64,000 nucleotides of DNA from Hormiphora californensis (lineage: Eukaryota > Animalia > Ctenophora). The DNA lies in assembly GCA_020137815.1 (NCBI GenBank), contig CM035354.1, positions 3,720,001-3,784,000 of the forward strand. Reading direction: 5' to 3'. Under the pieces are notes generated by a model. The model saw only the letters and a list, made by a program, of their open reading frames with translations, made no database searches and was not told the DNA's origin. The position numbers were made by a program, and so were the translations under genes. This document shows, piece after piece, positions 1-27,137 of the stretch (position 1 is its first letter; each line of letters starts with the position of its first letter).

Positions 1-1
1 A

Positions 2-1884
2 GTGGACCCTGTTGCTGTACTGGCTGTATTTGATTCTGTTCACGTTAACGAGGTGCTGCACATCGTGGTAGAGGGAGAGTCACTGCTGAACGATGCTGTC
101 TCAGTTGTTCTTTACAAGATCATGAATGTGATTGTAAAGGCAGAAACAAACAACGAAACACTGGAATTGAAGGAGTATGGTGTTGGGTTCATTGCCTTCT
201 TGGTCATTAGTGGAGGGGGTACCCTAATTGGGCTGATATATGCCATCATCACATCTGTATTTACCCGGACCTTGACCCATGTTCGTGTAGTGGAACCCCT
301 CGTCGTGTTCTTCTTCGCTTACCTCTCCTACCTCACAGCGGAGTTGTTTCATTGGTCTGGAATCCTGGCAATCATCTTCTGCGGGTTCGGAATGAGGCAC
401 TACGTAGAGGAGAACATTAGTAGGAAGTCCCATACCACCATTAAATACTTCATGAAGATGTTGGCTGTTATCTCAGAATCAGTTATCTTCATGTTCCTCG
501 GTCTGGCCTTGGTCTCCGTTAATTTTGACATCAACTGGGCCTTTATCGGATTCTCCATCATTCTCTGTCTGGGTATCCGGGGTCTGGTGGTTGTCTCCTT
601 CGTCTACATCTCCAACAAATTCCGAGTACAAAAGATCAAGATGGTCGACCAGTTCATTATGATGTACGGAGGACTCCGAGGGGCTATCTCCTTCTCTCTG
701 GCTTTCATTTTGAGTTCCGACTATCCCTGGAAGGATCTCATCGTGACAACCACCTTTGTGGTGATTATCTTCACTGTCTTTATCCAGGGTATCACTATTG
801 GCCCGTTAGTCAAGTTACTAAGGGTCACGACACACGAGAAAAAGAAGCCAACCCTAAATGAGGAGATCATAGAGCACGTAATGGCACATGTGATGTGGGG
901 CTTTGAGGAGGTAGTAGGGAAACATGGTGAGAACTACTACCGGCAGTGGTTCGATCACATTGACAACAAGTATCTAATGAGATGGTTTACTAACAAGGAG
1001 ATCAGCAAGAATATCACACACGGAGACGCACTGGATATCCTTCAGGTGTTCCACAACTTGGAGCAGCGTGATGCTATGAACATGGCGTCTAAACACGAGG
1101 TCCTGGTGTCCCTGAATAGGAGGTCTACTACCACAGATAGTGCTGCGTACAACCCAGCCAGCCCAACTGTACCCCAGCTACCCCCCGTGGGCGAGGCTGA
1201 TGTGTTAATGGATGATAATGTGACACGATATCAGAGGTTATCTGAGTCAGCCCCCTGTGATAACAACTTTGATGCGATAAAAAGTAAAGCATTTGCTGCA
1301 ATGAAGATGAACGCTAGGCCGGTTCAGGTAATTTATAGTAGACTAAATCACTGTGCTGGCAAGCGCAAAGGTTGCCATTATCAATCACTAGAAACTGTGT
1401 AACATTTATCGTCTCTTGAAATCAGTACCTAACCCAGTCTGTAACATATTTTATCCTCTATTGGTTGTACTAACACCCTTCTTATTACCCCCTGCAGGGA
1501 ACACAACGCGGCAGGAACAAGCTGACCAACGCAGTTGACGATGATTTCAGTATGCTGAGGGAGATCCCTGTGATACAGCCTGAGGACCACCATAACATGG
1601 TGTACCACCAGAACGCCCCTATGGAGCGACCTCACCACCATCACCATCACGATAGGAGGAGGAAGGGTGATCACAAGAAGGGACGACACCACCATCACCG
1701 ACACAAACACCACAGGAGCCATCACCGGGGATCGTCTTCAGCAGCGGCTCCAGAAGAAGAGGTGTCCACTCTGCCATCAGAGGAAACCCCGGATGAGGTG
1801 AAAATGTGTGATTTTGGGGACTCTCAGCCGGTAGCAGACCCGGCAAACCATCAACACCATCCTGAGAATGAGAGTAATGTGTGA
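2..1884 (+). CDS. Na+/H+ exchanger, SLC9A/NHE1-5-like, 5'-partial; exons ~2-1327 and 1498-1884
   Basis: Motifs DPVAVLAVF, GESLLNDAVSVVLY, YVEENISRKSHTTIKYFMKML and DQFIMMYGGLRGAI. A phase-0 intron (GT 1328, AG 1497) joins in frame to a His-rich last exon ending at TGA 1884. Confidence 0.93.
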
Positions 1885-2575
1885 ATCGGGGGCTAATGTC
1901 TAGGTAGAAGGGACTAAAATCTGGATATTAGAGGGACTAAAGGGATAAACGGAGAGAGAAAACCGAGAAATAAAAAAAGAGTTTCGTTGGACCTTTTAGA
2001 AAATTATCACATTTGATATCACGACGTTTTTTAGAATTACACGCTGTTACAGTTTTTAGAGGTCGATTCGACAGAAAATCATAACATGTGTCACATCATT
2101 GTGTTATCATGTCTAATGTTATCATGTTATCATGTTATCATATCATGTGTAATTACAGCTGCATTTTATTTTGTGATACATCGACCCTCACTCAGCTGTT
2201 ACTTGTTCTTTTGTAAAATACCGGTATTTTGAAAAAAAGAGTTAGAATATCAGTTATTCTATTTTCTAGGGGCTATAAAACGTGAACTCTGGATATTTTA
2301 ATAGGATGAAAATACATATTTACCTAGCTAGATGCTAGATTCATTCTAATTCCTCCCTGATATGTTAAATTATTATTCGCATTGTGTTTACCTTTCTTCT
2401 CCACACGTTCGGTGATCGAATATTCTGAGTCGTCTCTTTGTTTTTCAATACCCCTCACGTAATATCCAATCCAATCAATACTTCATCACTCTCTTTCCCC
2501 GTATATTCAGAGCCACTCGCGTGGTATGCACAGCTGCAGATGATGTTTTTATGAAGGAGCACCACGGTTGGTTTT

Positions 2576-4473
2576 ATGAAGGAGTACAAAGTGGTTATTC
2601 TGGGGTCTGGTGGGGTGGGGAAGTCAGCTATAACATTGCGCTACGTTCAGGGACTCTTTGTAGCCCGGTATAACCCCACAATAGAGGATTTCTATCGACA
2701 CCATACTAAACTTGATGAGGAGGAGGTGAGTTAAAATAATGGGATTCTTGTTGACTTGTTGTTGAAATCAAGCGCCGCGTTATTATACCAATTTAACACT
2801 TCCCAATTCGATATTCCATTCCATGTTATTTCATGAGACATATTTTGCACAGCCACTATAATAGTTGTACTGAACTCGGAAATGTAATTTATTTAGCAAA
2901 TAATTACAAATCCACACACACACATGTCCTGTTGTACTAGTTGTTGTAGAGGCAGACCAAATTTCCAGCTGCAAATGTGCGATAATTTGTAGTTGCAAAC
3001 TCATTTTATTTAAATTTTCACTAGCAATAATTATAGGAGCCACTATCCAGTTTTGGCTAAAGACGTTATTAGGGAGACTCTTTTGTTAACTGCAGGGGAG
3101 CTCAAATAATTGTGGAGGGGGGAACGGGGGCAGCTCAAATGAGGCGGCTCGATGGTTGCCTTGTTTTGGTGCAGAACAAAGGAAGGATAAATATAGAAAG
3201 AGAGTAACCCTTTTATCCACACACGTCGTTAGGGTACATTTTATTCTGCATATATCAGGATCTATAAAACCCATTATTATTTAGAGATGCCTTATAAATC
3301 TGGAACTACCGGCGCCTTCAACACCCGCTGATTACCTATGTAATATAGGGCATTGTAAATGTACATTGCACCTGTGAGTTCTATAGTGTTTTAGGGAGAG
3401 TAATTAAATTCAGATTTTGTATTCCTGATCCAGGTGCGAGCGATCGTGACTATAGAATAAACATAAATCATTACATATTAAGTAACAAAAACAAGGTTGA
3501 TTCGATTTTCGTTCAAGTCATGGACTAGGAAACTATCTCTCTTTTCGAACTCGCGAGAGCAACGCAGGAGGGGATCTCATACCCAACTTTTACCAATATC
3601 CCGTCCAATAAACCCACTTTACCCCCAGGTAGCTGTCAGGCCAATGCTCTGACCACAGTTCTCGCGTTTGAGTGAAACGAGAATGGGTCAGGCCAATGCT
3701 CTGACAGCCAGGTAGTGGTTCCGTTCAATAAACCCACTTTACCCCGCAGGTAGTGGTTGAAATCCTGGACACAGCGGGCACAGAACAATACTCCTCTCTT
3801 CACCAAATGTACATAGACCACGGTCAGGCCTTCATCCTGGTGTATGCTATTGATAATGCCCAAAGTTTCGGAGATTTGGAACCTTTGTTGAGACAAATCA
3901 TGGATGTGAAACAAAGCCGGAGTTACCCCGTCATAATTGCAGGTAACACAAAAACACGATGACATAATTACTGTGTTTATACACACGATGACGTCATACT
4001 CATTACTCATAATTATTGTTTATACACAGGAGAGAGGTAGGACTCTTCTTAGTGAAAGCATGAGGGTGAGATTTTTCCTCCAAAAGGTTGTCTTATCTGC
4101 CTCTTGTGAGGTTCTATCTAACTGTAAATGCACCATATTATCTAACTATATCTAATGCAAATTTGCACGGAAATGTAACACCCTATCGTCAATGTGACGA
4201 CGTGATCCGTCAGTGTGACGACGTGATCCGTCAGTGTGACGATGTGATCCGTCAGTGTGACGACGTGATTCATAGGTATCACGTATCACACGTGTTGAGA
4301 ACTGCTTGCGACTTGAGGGGTCACAACACATGTATAAAAGGGAGAGAAAGAGAGAAAAAAAGAGGGATCACATCACATAGCAGACAGGCAGGGAGAAAAA
4401 CATAGAAACAGACCCCTCGATTTGCGATCGGTACGATCGCCCCAGTTTTGCTAGTAATTGTAAATCACGTATT

Positions 4474-4508
<35 letters not shown>

Positions 4509-7229
4509 TTTGTTTAGAACTGTACCCTGAGTAACTGGGAAAATACAGCACACTGTACGTCACAACCCAGCTAATGTATGCACGTCACAACCCAGCTAAT
4601 GTATGCACGTCACAACCCAGCTAATGTATGCACGTCACAACCCAGCTAATCAGCTAATGTATGCACGTCACAACCCAGCTAATCAGCTAATGTATGTACG
4701 TCACAACCCAGCTAATCAGCTAATGTATGTACGTCACAACCCAGCTAATCAGCTAATGTATGCACGTCACAACCCAGCTAATCTGCTAATGTATGCACGT
4801 CACAACCCAGCTAATCAGCTAATGTATGCACGTCACAACCCAGCTAATCAGCTAATGTATGTACGTCACAACCCAGCTAATCAGCTAATGTATGTACGTC
4901 ACAACCCAGCTAATCAGCTAATGTATGTACGTCACAATACAGCTAATGTACTAGTGTATGCACGTCACTATAACTCAGCTACCCAACATGTGCTACCTGT
5001 CTGTACATATTTGTGTAACAATGTTTGTGTGCAATGTACTAATGTCTGTGTTTGTGTAAGAGTGTGACGTCATGTCAATGTGTATATAAGAAGTTCTATG
5101 TATGCTACACTGTTGGTTACCAAGTCACCCCTGTTATTATATTGCATGAGAGCTAATATAGTGCGGAGGGGTAATTTCATTACCAAGCTACACTGCAAGT
5201 GTTTACAGGTGTGTATAACGAGCAGGGAATATTCATAATCCCCTCTTATTACTCCTTATGTGTGACATGATCTGATAAACAGACTACCTAATCTTCTTCT
5301 AGACTACCTGCTCTTCTTCTAGACTACCTGCTCTTCTTCTAGACTACCTACTCTTCTTCTAGACTACCTGCTCTTCTTCTAGACTACCTGCTCTTCTTCT
5401 TCTAGACTACCTGTTCTTCTTCTAGACTACCTGTTCTTCTAGACGACCTGCTCTTCTTCTAGACGACCTGCTCTTCTTCTAGACTACCTGTTCTTCTAGA
5501 CTACCTGCTCTTCTTCTAGACTACCTACTCTTCTTCTAGACGACCTACTCTTCTTCTAGACTACCTGTTCTTCTTCTAGACTACCTGTTCTTCTTCTAGA
5601 CTACCTGTTCTTCTTCTAGACTACCTGCTCTTCTTCTTCTAGACTACCTGCTCTTCTTCTAGACTACCTGTTCTTCTTCTAGACTACCTGCTCTTCTTCT
5701 AGACTACCTGCTCTTCTTCTAGACTACCTGTTCTTCTTCTAGACTACCTACTCTTCTTCTAGACTACCTACTCTTCTTCTAGACTACCTGCTCTTCTTCT
5801 AGACTACCTGCTCTTCTTCTAGACTACCTGCTCTTCTTCTTCTAGACTACCTGTTCTTCTTCTAGACTACCTACTCTTCTTCTAGACTACCTGCTCTTCT
5901 TCTAGACTACCTGTTCTTCTTCTAGACTACCTGCTCTTCTTCTAGACTACCTGCTCTTCTTCTAGACTACCTGCTCTTCTTCTTCTAGACTACCTGTTCT
6001 TCTTCTAGACTACCTAATCTTCTTCTAGACTACCTACTCTTCTTCTAGACTACCTGCTCTTCTTCTAGACTACCTGTTATTCTTCTAGACTACCTGTTCT
6101 TCTTCTAGACTACCTGCTCTTCTTCTAGACTACCTGCTCTTCTTCTAGACTACCTGCTCTTCTTCTAGACGACCTAATCTTCTTCTAGACTACCTACTCT
6201 TCTTCTAGACTACCTGTTCTTCTAGACTACCTGCTCTTCTTCTTCTATACGACCTGCTGTGCACTAAACGTTCTCGTTTTCAATCTATTCCCAGTATTCC
6301 TTGTTGAGTGAGGGGTGGGCTCAACAATGTAATTCTGTATCCTCTACAAACCCTTTCAATTTCTTTAGTAGAACTAACGATTAGTGTATAGAACGGGTAG
6401 TTCTAATTTCAATTTCTTTAGTCGTTATACTTTCCAGTTTCTGTAGAACTGGTACCACAAAGTCTTTGTGAACGCCATTAACAAACTATTTCCGTTTTCT
6501 AGCTCTCTCTACCTCCCAACTTTCAAGTTATAACCCTTTTTCTACTATAACAGCCTCCATACCAAGTTAGATAACTCTCTTTACAATAATACTCTATTCT
6601 CCAGCATCATATTCTACGTCAACTAGCCATATGTTTCTGTGATGGTTCAGTTTTCTATTCAGATCAAATTTCAACTCCAAATCTCCTGATTTAGCGCTCT
6701 TCTGTTGTCTTTACGGACCACTGAAATCACGTTATTGTCTTTGTTCTAAGACATTAAACCAATTTTCTAGGCACCTGTCAAGGTGGTAGTAAACTGTTTT
6801 AGTAAACTGTGTGATGTAACTAAAGTCAGTGATTCTCACTCTAGTCGGACACTATATCAGATATCTCACTCTAGTCTCACTCTAGTTTCACTCTAGTCCA
6901 CTATATCTCCCCGATACCCCACTGTCTAATACTGACCCCCCTATATCTCCCCGATACTGTACTGTGTGTTACTGAACCCCCCCCCCCCCCTTCCCTCAGG
7001 GAACAAGTCTGATATGGAGGTGAATAGGGAGATCAGTAAATCTCACGTAGCTGCTACTCTGAAGGATAGGTGGAAGGTTCCCCATATTGAGACAAGTGCT
7101 AAACGGGACCACAATGTCACGGATATGTTTAGGAAGGTATTGAGGTTAATAAAGGATTTCCAACTGGTTAGAGGGAGAGAAGCATACAAGAAACGAAGAA
7201 GAAAAGATAGACGCTGTGTGTTACTGTAA
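2576..7229 (+). CDS. Rap-like Ras-family small GTPase, ~190 aa; exons 2576-2725, 3750-3942, 7000-7229
   Basis: [17 protein letters not shown] (G1), YNPTIEDFY (switch I), DTAGTEQY (Thr at position 61, typical of Rap), GNKSD (G4), ETSAK (G5), polybasic tail and CVLL CAAX box. GT-AG phases are consistent; exons total 573 nt. Confidence 0.93.
3633..3707. mobile_element. MITE family A, copy 1 (75 bp, 8-bp TSD CCAGGTAG)
   Basis: CTGTCAG...CTGACAG termini. Perfect TSD at 3625-3632 and 3708-3715. Homologous copies at 31063, 34375 and 59428. Confidence 0.85.
4187..4270. repeat. 21-bp tandem repeat, ~4 copies
   Basis: Unit CCGTCAGTGTGACGACGTGAT, in Rap intron 2. Confidence 0.85.
4554..4985. repeat. 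33-bp minisatellite (with shorter 25-bp variants)
   Basis: Unit CAGCTAATCAGCTAATGTATGYACGTCACAACC. Explains the repetitive ORF 4603-5067. Confidence 0.92.
5281..6257. repeat. 20-bp minisatellite, ~1 kb
   Basis: Unit AGACTACCTGCTCTTCTTCT with TTC slippage variants, in Rap intron 2. Confidence 0.95.
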
Positions 7230-8629
7230 CGTGTTTTATGAAGGAGCAGCGTTTTGGTGGTATTTTTTATGAAGGAGCAAGCATTTTTTATTTTCAGATT
7301 TTTTTTAAGTGAGCAGTGCTGCGATACTTTAGAGTAACCCTAATTAGGTTTACCACGGCCACTATTCTACATCACTCAATGCCCACTTTTTCTGCCACAC
7401 AGGTCACGAGCCACTGAGCCATCTCTCCTCCATTCTCAGAATGATTCTGTCTCACCCTACCTCTCTCCTCATTCTCTCTCACCTTATACCATCTGTTGCC
7501 ATGGCAGCTAAGGACATACCACATATTATAGGACTCTAGTGAAAGACATATGATCTGCTGGTCCAGGACAGAATATGTTTCATCTTCACTTGGAGCCATG
7601 TGCCACTACACAGTGTGAATAGAATTGCGACGCTATGTGATAAAGCCTTTTTGGGATAAAGCAAGGGATAGAAAAGAGAAAAAGGAGAGAGAGAGGGTGA
7701 AAGAGAAAGAGATAGGGAGACACTGAGACAGAGAAGTAAGATAGAAATGGGAGAGAGTGTAGAACATAGCATTAACTCGATTTGGTTCTCTCCATTCTCA
7801 CCACACACATGCCGACCAACCAACATATTAAAGTTCATACATACTCAGTACTGTGTGGTATACACTATACATTCTTATACATTGTACATTCCTATACATA
7901 ATGTACAATTACTACAATAATCTAACAGACAATTGCACACTGCTCTTCTGCAAAAAGATCGCTTTTTAATTGTCTGAAATCAGGTAGAAACGATAGCATA
8001 ACGAGAGGAAGTTAATTATTTTAGATAGATTTTAACATGTTTTATAGTACATTTTATCAGAAGAGAAGATGTTTTATTTTATACAGAGATTTATACTCTT
8101 TTATTAAATGTTTATTACAGACAGAAACTTATTTCTATTTTATTTAATATTTGAGTTTTGATATATTTGCCAATGAGGAATTGGGATTACTAGTGGTTAC
8201 TGTTGGTCCCAGCCTGGGATGGTTGGGGTCTGGGGGGATGGTGACTCAGGTCAGGTAAGGCTTTACTAGGGACAGCAAATATATTATATGCAAAGTACTT
8301 CTCCCCTTCTCATCCAGCTAACTAATGACTGTCTACATGTATAATGCATGTGACATAATTTAGTACTCCCTCCCTTCTACAATCCCCTGCCCTCATGAAT
8401 CAAACATTATGCTCTTAGTAGAAACACTACCAAGAAGTGGTTCTATTACCAGTGGCCCAGCAGCAGCCGTTAAGCATTAAAGCTCTAAGATCTAGAGAGA
8501 AGGCCTAAAGTTTTGTATGGAGCTTGTACGTGCATGCGACTTCATCACGCACACTTTATACACACTATATAGGGACACTGGTATAAGAGACCTGTGGCCT
8601 ACTATCAAGCATTTTGTCTTTTTGAACGG

Positions 8630-8707
<78 letters not shown>

Positions 8708-10173
8708 TTCTCTGTGGTCTAGGACATGCAGGATCTATTTGAAAAGTAAACATGTGAGGATGTAATGCTGATTAATTGGAGAATACATTGAACTACTCAT
8801 AGTTCCTACTGATAATGACATCCTTCTACTACCCTGTTTTTTATATCCCCTCTTGAAAAAGAGGGAGAAAGAGAGAATCATACCTACAAATTATACAGAG
8901 TAGTGTAACGATGGGTGATGCTGTTATTCTTCGCTCTGACACAGTTCTCTCTCTATACACTGCATAATAAAGAGATAATTACAGAATCGTTGAAATTAGA
9001 TGGTACAGCACTTTATCATTCTTGCTCAATGCTCGATCTTCCCTCTTTCTCTCAATTTTATATTCTTCTTCTCCTGCCAACACATCTCTCTAATCAAGTA
9101 AGGATCTGAGGCAGGGTGTGTAACAGCTCTCTCTCTCTTTCTCTCTGTGTAAAATATGTTGTAATAGAAAGAAATCAAACGGAGGGTAGTAAATTTGCCC
9201 CCAAATGTGTCTTCCTTCCTAGTAACTTCACATCATGTTCACTCTTCAATCCTATACCAATAGTCAACATAGATGTTTGTTTAGTGTGTTGTTTTTGGAA
9301 GAAAGGGATGGTGAAGGGCCTTATATTTGTCATGGTAGCTCCCTCAAAAATTACAGACAGACGATCCTTGGATTGATAGCGGGTGGGAGAGAGAGGGAGA
9401 ATCACGCCAGAGCGGGCAGTTCAGTTTGCTGCCATGGGTGGAGGGCGCGGAGATAAATTTGTATTCGGTCACGTGACCTTGTAGCGCGCGAGAAAAGAAG
9501 CGCGCGGGGGCCGGGGAAGGGCGCTGGAAAGCGGTAGGGGTTCGGCCAATATCAGCTGTTTAAGGATAGCGGTTGAAACACGAACGGAGGCTATCAACCA
9601 GATGACCACCTTAAACTTTTACAATTCAACTCAAAAAGAACATGCAGTTCACCTTCAGTGCTTGCATCACCGGAAATTCCAGGAGACCTTGGATTGCGCG
9701 TTGTATTTACCCGCGCACATGTTACAACAAAGTTGTCTTGGCGCCCTACGTAAAGCAACCTCCATTCACCGTGTATGTGACCGTCACTTCCAGGAATCAG
9801 ATCATCAGTCATCAATTACTTGTTGATGAAAGGCAGCGAAAAGTCAAAACCAGACTGAGTTTTGACTTTTGCATATTGCATAACCCATTGAAAACTCTTA
9901 TATCACAGATTGGAATTTGGAAATCAAATAGGCGAGTAATAAATCAGTACGAATCAGATTCTATTTACAATTAGTATCTATAACAGTGGTGCTCCGTCAT
10001 ATTTTCCACCACTTTTATCTACTCAAAAAATAAAATCAAACAAATTCACACATTTTAATTTGTGTTACACGTTATATTTCAGAACTACTTAAAAGAGCAG
10101 GATATATGATATATTTGTTTTGTTCAAACACGGTCGAACAAGGCAATGATATATAATACATATTATATACCAT

Positions 10174-24131
<13,958 letters not shown>

Positions 24132-24138
<7 letters not shown>

Positions 24139-24237
24139 CTAAATGGTTGTCATGCAGTTACTGTTGTATCTAAATGGTTGTCATGGTTACTGTCGTATCT
24201 AAATGGTTGTCATGGTTACTGTCGTATCTAAATGGTT
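24132..24237 (-). repeat. ~30-bp tandem array (4 copies) of an ABCA acceptor site
   Basis: Minus-strand unit AGTAACCATGACAACCATTTAG|ATACGAC. The last copy is the real acceptor (exon starts at 24138). Confidence 0.85.
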
Positions 24238-25425
24238 TACATCGACAAAGGGGCCCCACAGAGATTTGGCGACAATATTTTGATTGATTTTCAAAGCAGA
24301 GCACTCGTCTTTCGGCGCCATTCGTCGTCTTTTTGGGCCCATTTGCAAACTTCAAAATCTTTAGATTTTGGGCCATTTGACATTTGTTTGGCGGGTCATT
24401 CATTGGCGCCAAATGGTGAAAAAAAAACTAGATCTATCTACTGCAAAAAAAAAAGTAAAAGTTGTTACAGAATTAAGTTAACAAGATAGATAACTCCTTC
24501 AGTTAGATGTTCACAAATAAAAAAATTACCTGAATTAATGACGGTATTTAATTCTTGATGTTAGGTATAAAAAATACCCAAAACAAAGAACATATTATAG
24601 TAACCTTAGTTAATCCATTGAATATATAGCAATAAATAGCCTTGCTTATATACAATTTAACGACTAGCCTTGTTTAAAACTATTTTATACCGCATTTAGA
24701 GGGGGGTTGCTGGCATGGTAGTTTTTCAAATCCTCCGTTGTCGGAAATATCAGGAACGTTGGTTCACCAGATTCTTTGTAAAATAAATTTTTAACCGTTC
24801 ACCCCCAACATATAACTCGAAAAACAAATGGGCGGACTTTTTCAAAAAAACCTTTTTAATTTTTTCTCGACAACATCAGTATAGTTGCTATTTTTGTTAT
24901 GTTTGTACAGTTTTTATGTCAAATGTAGATTCTTAGTACCCTCCGTTTGTTGGTTTTCATTCAAAATTTTTCAAGAAAAGAAATGGGTTGTGATGCACAT
25001 CATATCTTTTGGTTTAGCGCCTTTAATTCACAAAATCCCCCACAAAAACCTTGCAGGGGGTAGGGTGCGAAAGAAAGACGTCGATCCGGGAAGGCTAATA
25101 CTCCAAATTTTAAACTCGTTTGTGGTGAGAGGGTTTCTGGGGGGGGGGGGGGGGGGGGTTGATTACAGGGTCGGGTTGATCGGGCGGAAAATGAGGGTAG
25201 AAAAAAAAAACAGGGTGTTAGCGGCAATTTTGTCGGCATAGAATCTGTTGTAGAACGGGTATTACACGTGTATTACACGTCGTGAAAGATGAAATGCTGG
25301 GGAAATTCTTTTCGCTAGCCCCCAACTACCACTATTCTACCGATCACACCCGACCCCGTAATCCCCCTATCGGGTTAAAAAATTTTAGTAACATTGGTTT
25401 TAAAAAGAAATTGAATAAATATGCT

Positions 25426-25566
25426 TCGTCATATATTGGCCGGGCGCACAGCACCGCCCAAAACGTTGTCCACGACAACAAAGACACACTCTGCTGACAT
25501 AAAATGCTTTTTTGGACGTCGTGGACAACGCTTTGAGCAGTGCTATACGGCCCGCCAATATGACGA
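25426..25566. repeat. Imperfect palindrome, MITE-like
   Basis: TCGTCATA...CGTTGTCCACGAC pairs with GTCGTGGACAACG...TATGACGA. Confidence 0.55.
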
Positions 25567-25913
25567 CTGTTAGACAGATGGTTGTAATTTTCATATTTTT
25601 CTTTACCAAGGCAGCTCCACTCTGGTTTCATGCCATCTATTTCTCTCAAGAAACTGAATGCGAAGATCACCACTGAGGCAAAGAGTAATTCGAAGAGGAC
25701 CGTTACCTTTCTTTGCCACTGAAAGAATTTACACGATGATAATCAAACTTACTAGCAACAAGTTGAATAGTGGTAACCAAACAATAGCAAAGGGTAATTA
25801 ATTAATTAATTAATTAATAAGGGTAATTAAACACGCAGTCCAGTCCTTACCAGGAGCAGGAAATTCTTTCTCGTTAGGACTAAGAGCTGGTTTAGCCTCC
25901 GTCCAGCCATGGC

Positions 25914-26010
25914 ACCACTGTTCCAATATATACCACTGTTCCAATATATACCACTGTTCCAATATACACCACTGTTCCAATATACACCACTGTTTCAATA
26001 TATACCACTG
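25914..26010. repeat. 18-20-bp tandem repeat, ~5 copies
   Basis: Core CCACTGTTCCAATATA followed by TA or CA. Confidence 0.85.
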
Positions 26011-26365
26011 TGCTCTTAGCCGGTCATATCTGGTTAAAAAGTAAATGACAATATCCAGTGTTCATTTGACTCAATCAGTAGACTACTAGGGTAGGGTGAG
26101 AGAAACGATCATATATAATTGTTGCTTATTTTAAAGTTTGGTGTATAAAGATCAAACATTTCACATGTAACACCGCAATATAAATCGTATATACTCACAC
26201 TAGTAAACGGAAACGGGCCTTTTTTATGAAGCTTAATGTAATCTTTAAATCAACTAAAACGTACGAGTAATTACTAAAACTAGGGTTAACAAGTTTCAAG
26301 TTTCAAGACCAAAACAACAACTTTATTTCAGTCTTGGTCCATTTCAGAAGCGAGGTTTCAGACAA

Positions 26366-27137
26366 TTAGCTACTCTTGATTTTCTTGCCAGCGCCGATAA
26401 ATGGTAGCAAACAGGGTGTGTTCTCCATATACCTCACATACTCCTCCTCATCCCCCCACTTTTCAATACCAGACTTCTCCAGCATTGGAACTCCAGAAAG
26501 ATAGGTTATCTGGAGAGCCGTTAGGGTGGGACACAGAACGGAGAGGTAGGCGAGGGGTGAGGTGAAGAAGGGTACCGCAGCGAGCCACAATCCGTACCAT
26601 AGTACCATTTCTCCGAAATAGTTGGGGTGACGTGAGATACTCCACAGACCTGTCGTTATGAACCTTCCCTTGTTAGACGGGTCGGCAGGAACAGGTTTTT
26701 GGTGTCCGAACGTTCAAATACCAAACCAAACGGGTAGGGGGACAACGATCGGGAGAGAACTCCCTTCTGCGTTGCCCGAGCACCTTGGAAGAAAAAAGAT
26801 AATGGAATCATTTTGAAAATTACCCACGCTCCTGAATATCCAGACTTTGAAAAACCTCGATTTATTTTTTTTGATTCCCCAAAATCGTTGTTTCTCCCTT
26901 TTTCAGAATCGGCAAGGGGGAAAGGGTGCCAATTTTCCGGCCCAAAGGCAGATACAAATGCAGGGGATGAACTTGAATTTTTGAGGGTTTCATTGTTTTT
27001 TGGTAGTAGAAACCGTGCCAACAGAATGAAATTTAGGGAAAAAACGAAATCAAAGAAAATTCTCGGGTAAAAGTAGGAAAAGACCGAAAAGAGCCTGAAT
27101 ACCGAAGTCAGTAAGAAAATAAGCCCGAACAAACCAT
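26366..27137 (-). CDS. DUF1295 / steroid 5-alpha-reductase-like membrane protein, apparently intronless; 5' half lies in error-rich sequence
   Basis: Clean C-terminus NKGRFITTGLWSISRHPNYFGEMVLWYG...SGVPMLEK...KWG...YVRY. A TDFGIQ-like remnant lies near 27090-27115. Confidence 0.8.

Noticed and set aside
4603-5067. Repetitive ORFs (4603-5067, 13598-13951, 43468-44016, and ER/SL-rich ORFs)
   Set aside because: They are translations of intronic mini- and microsatellites.
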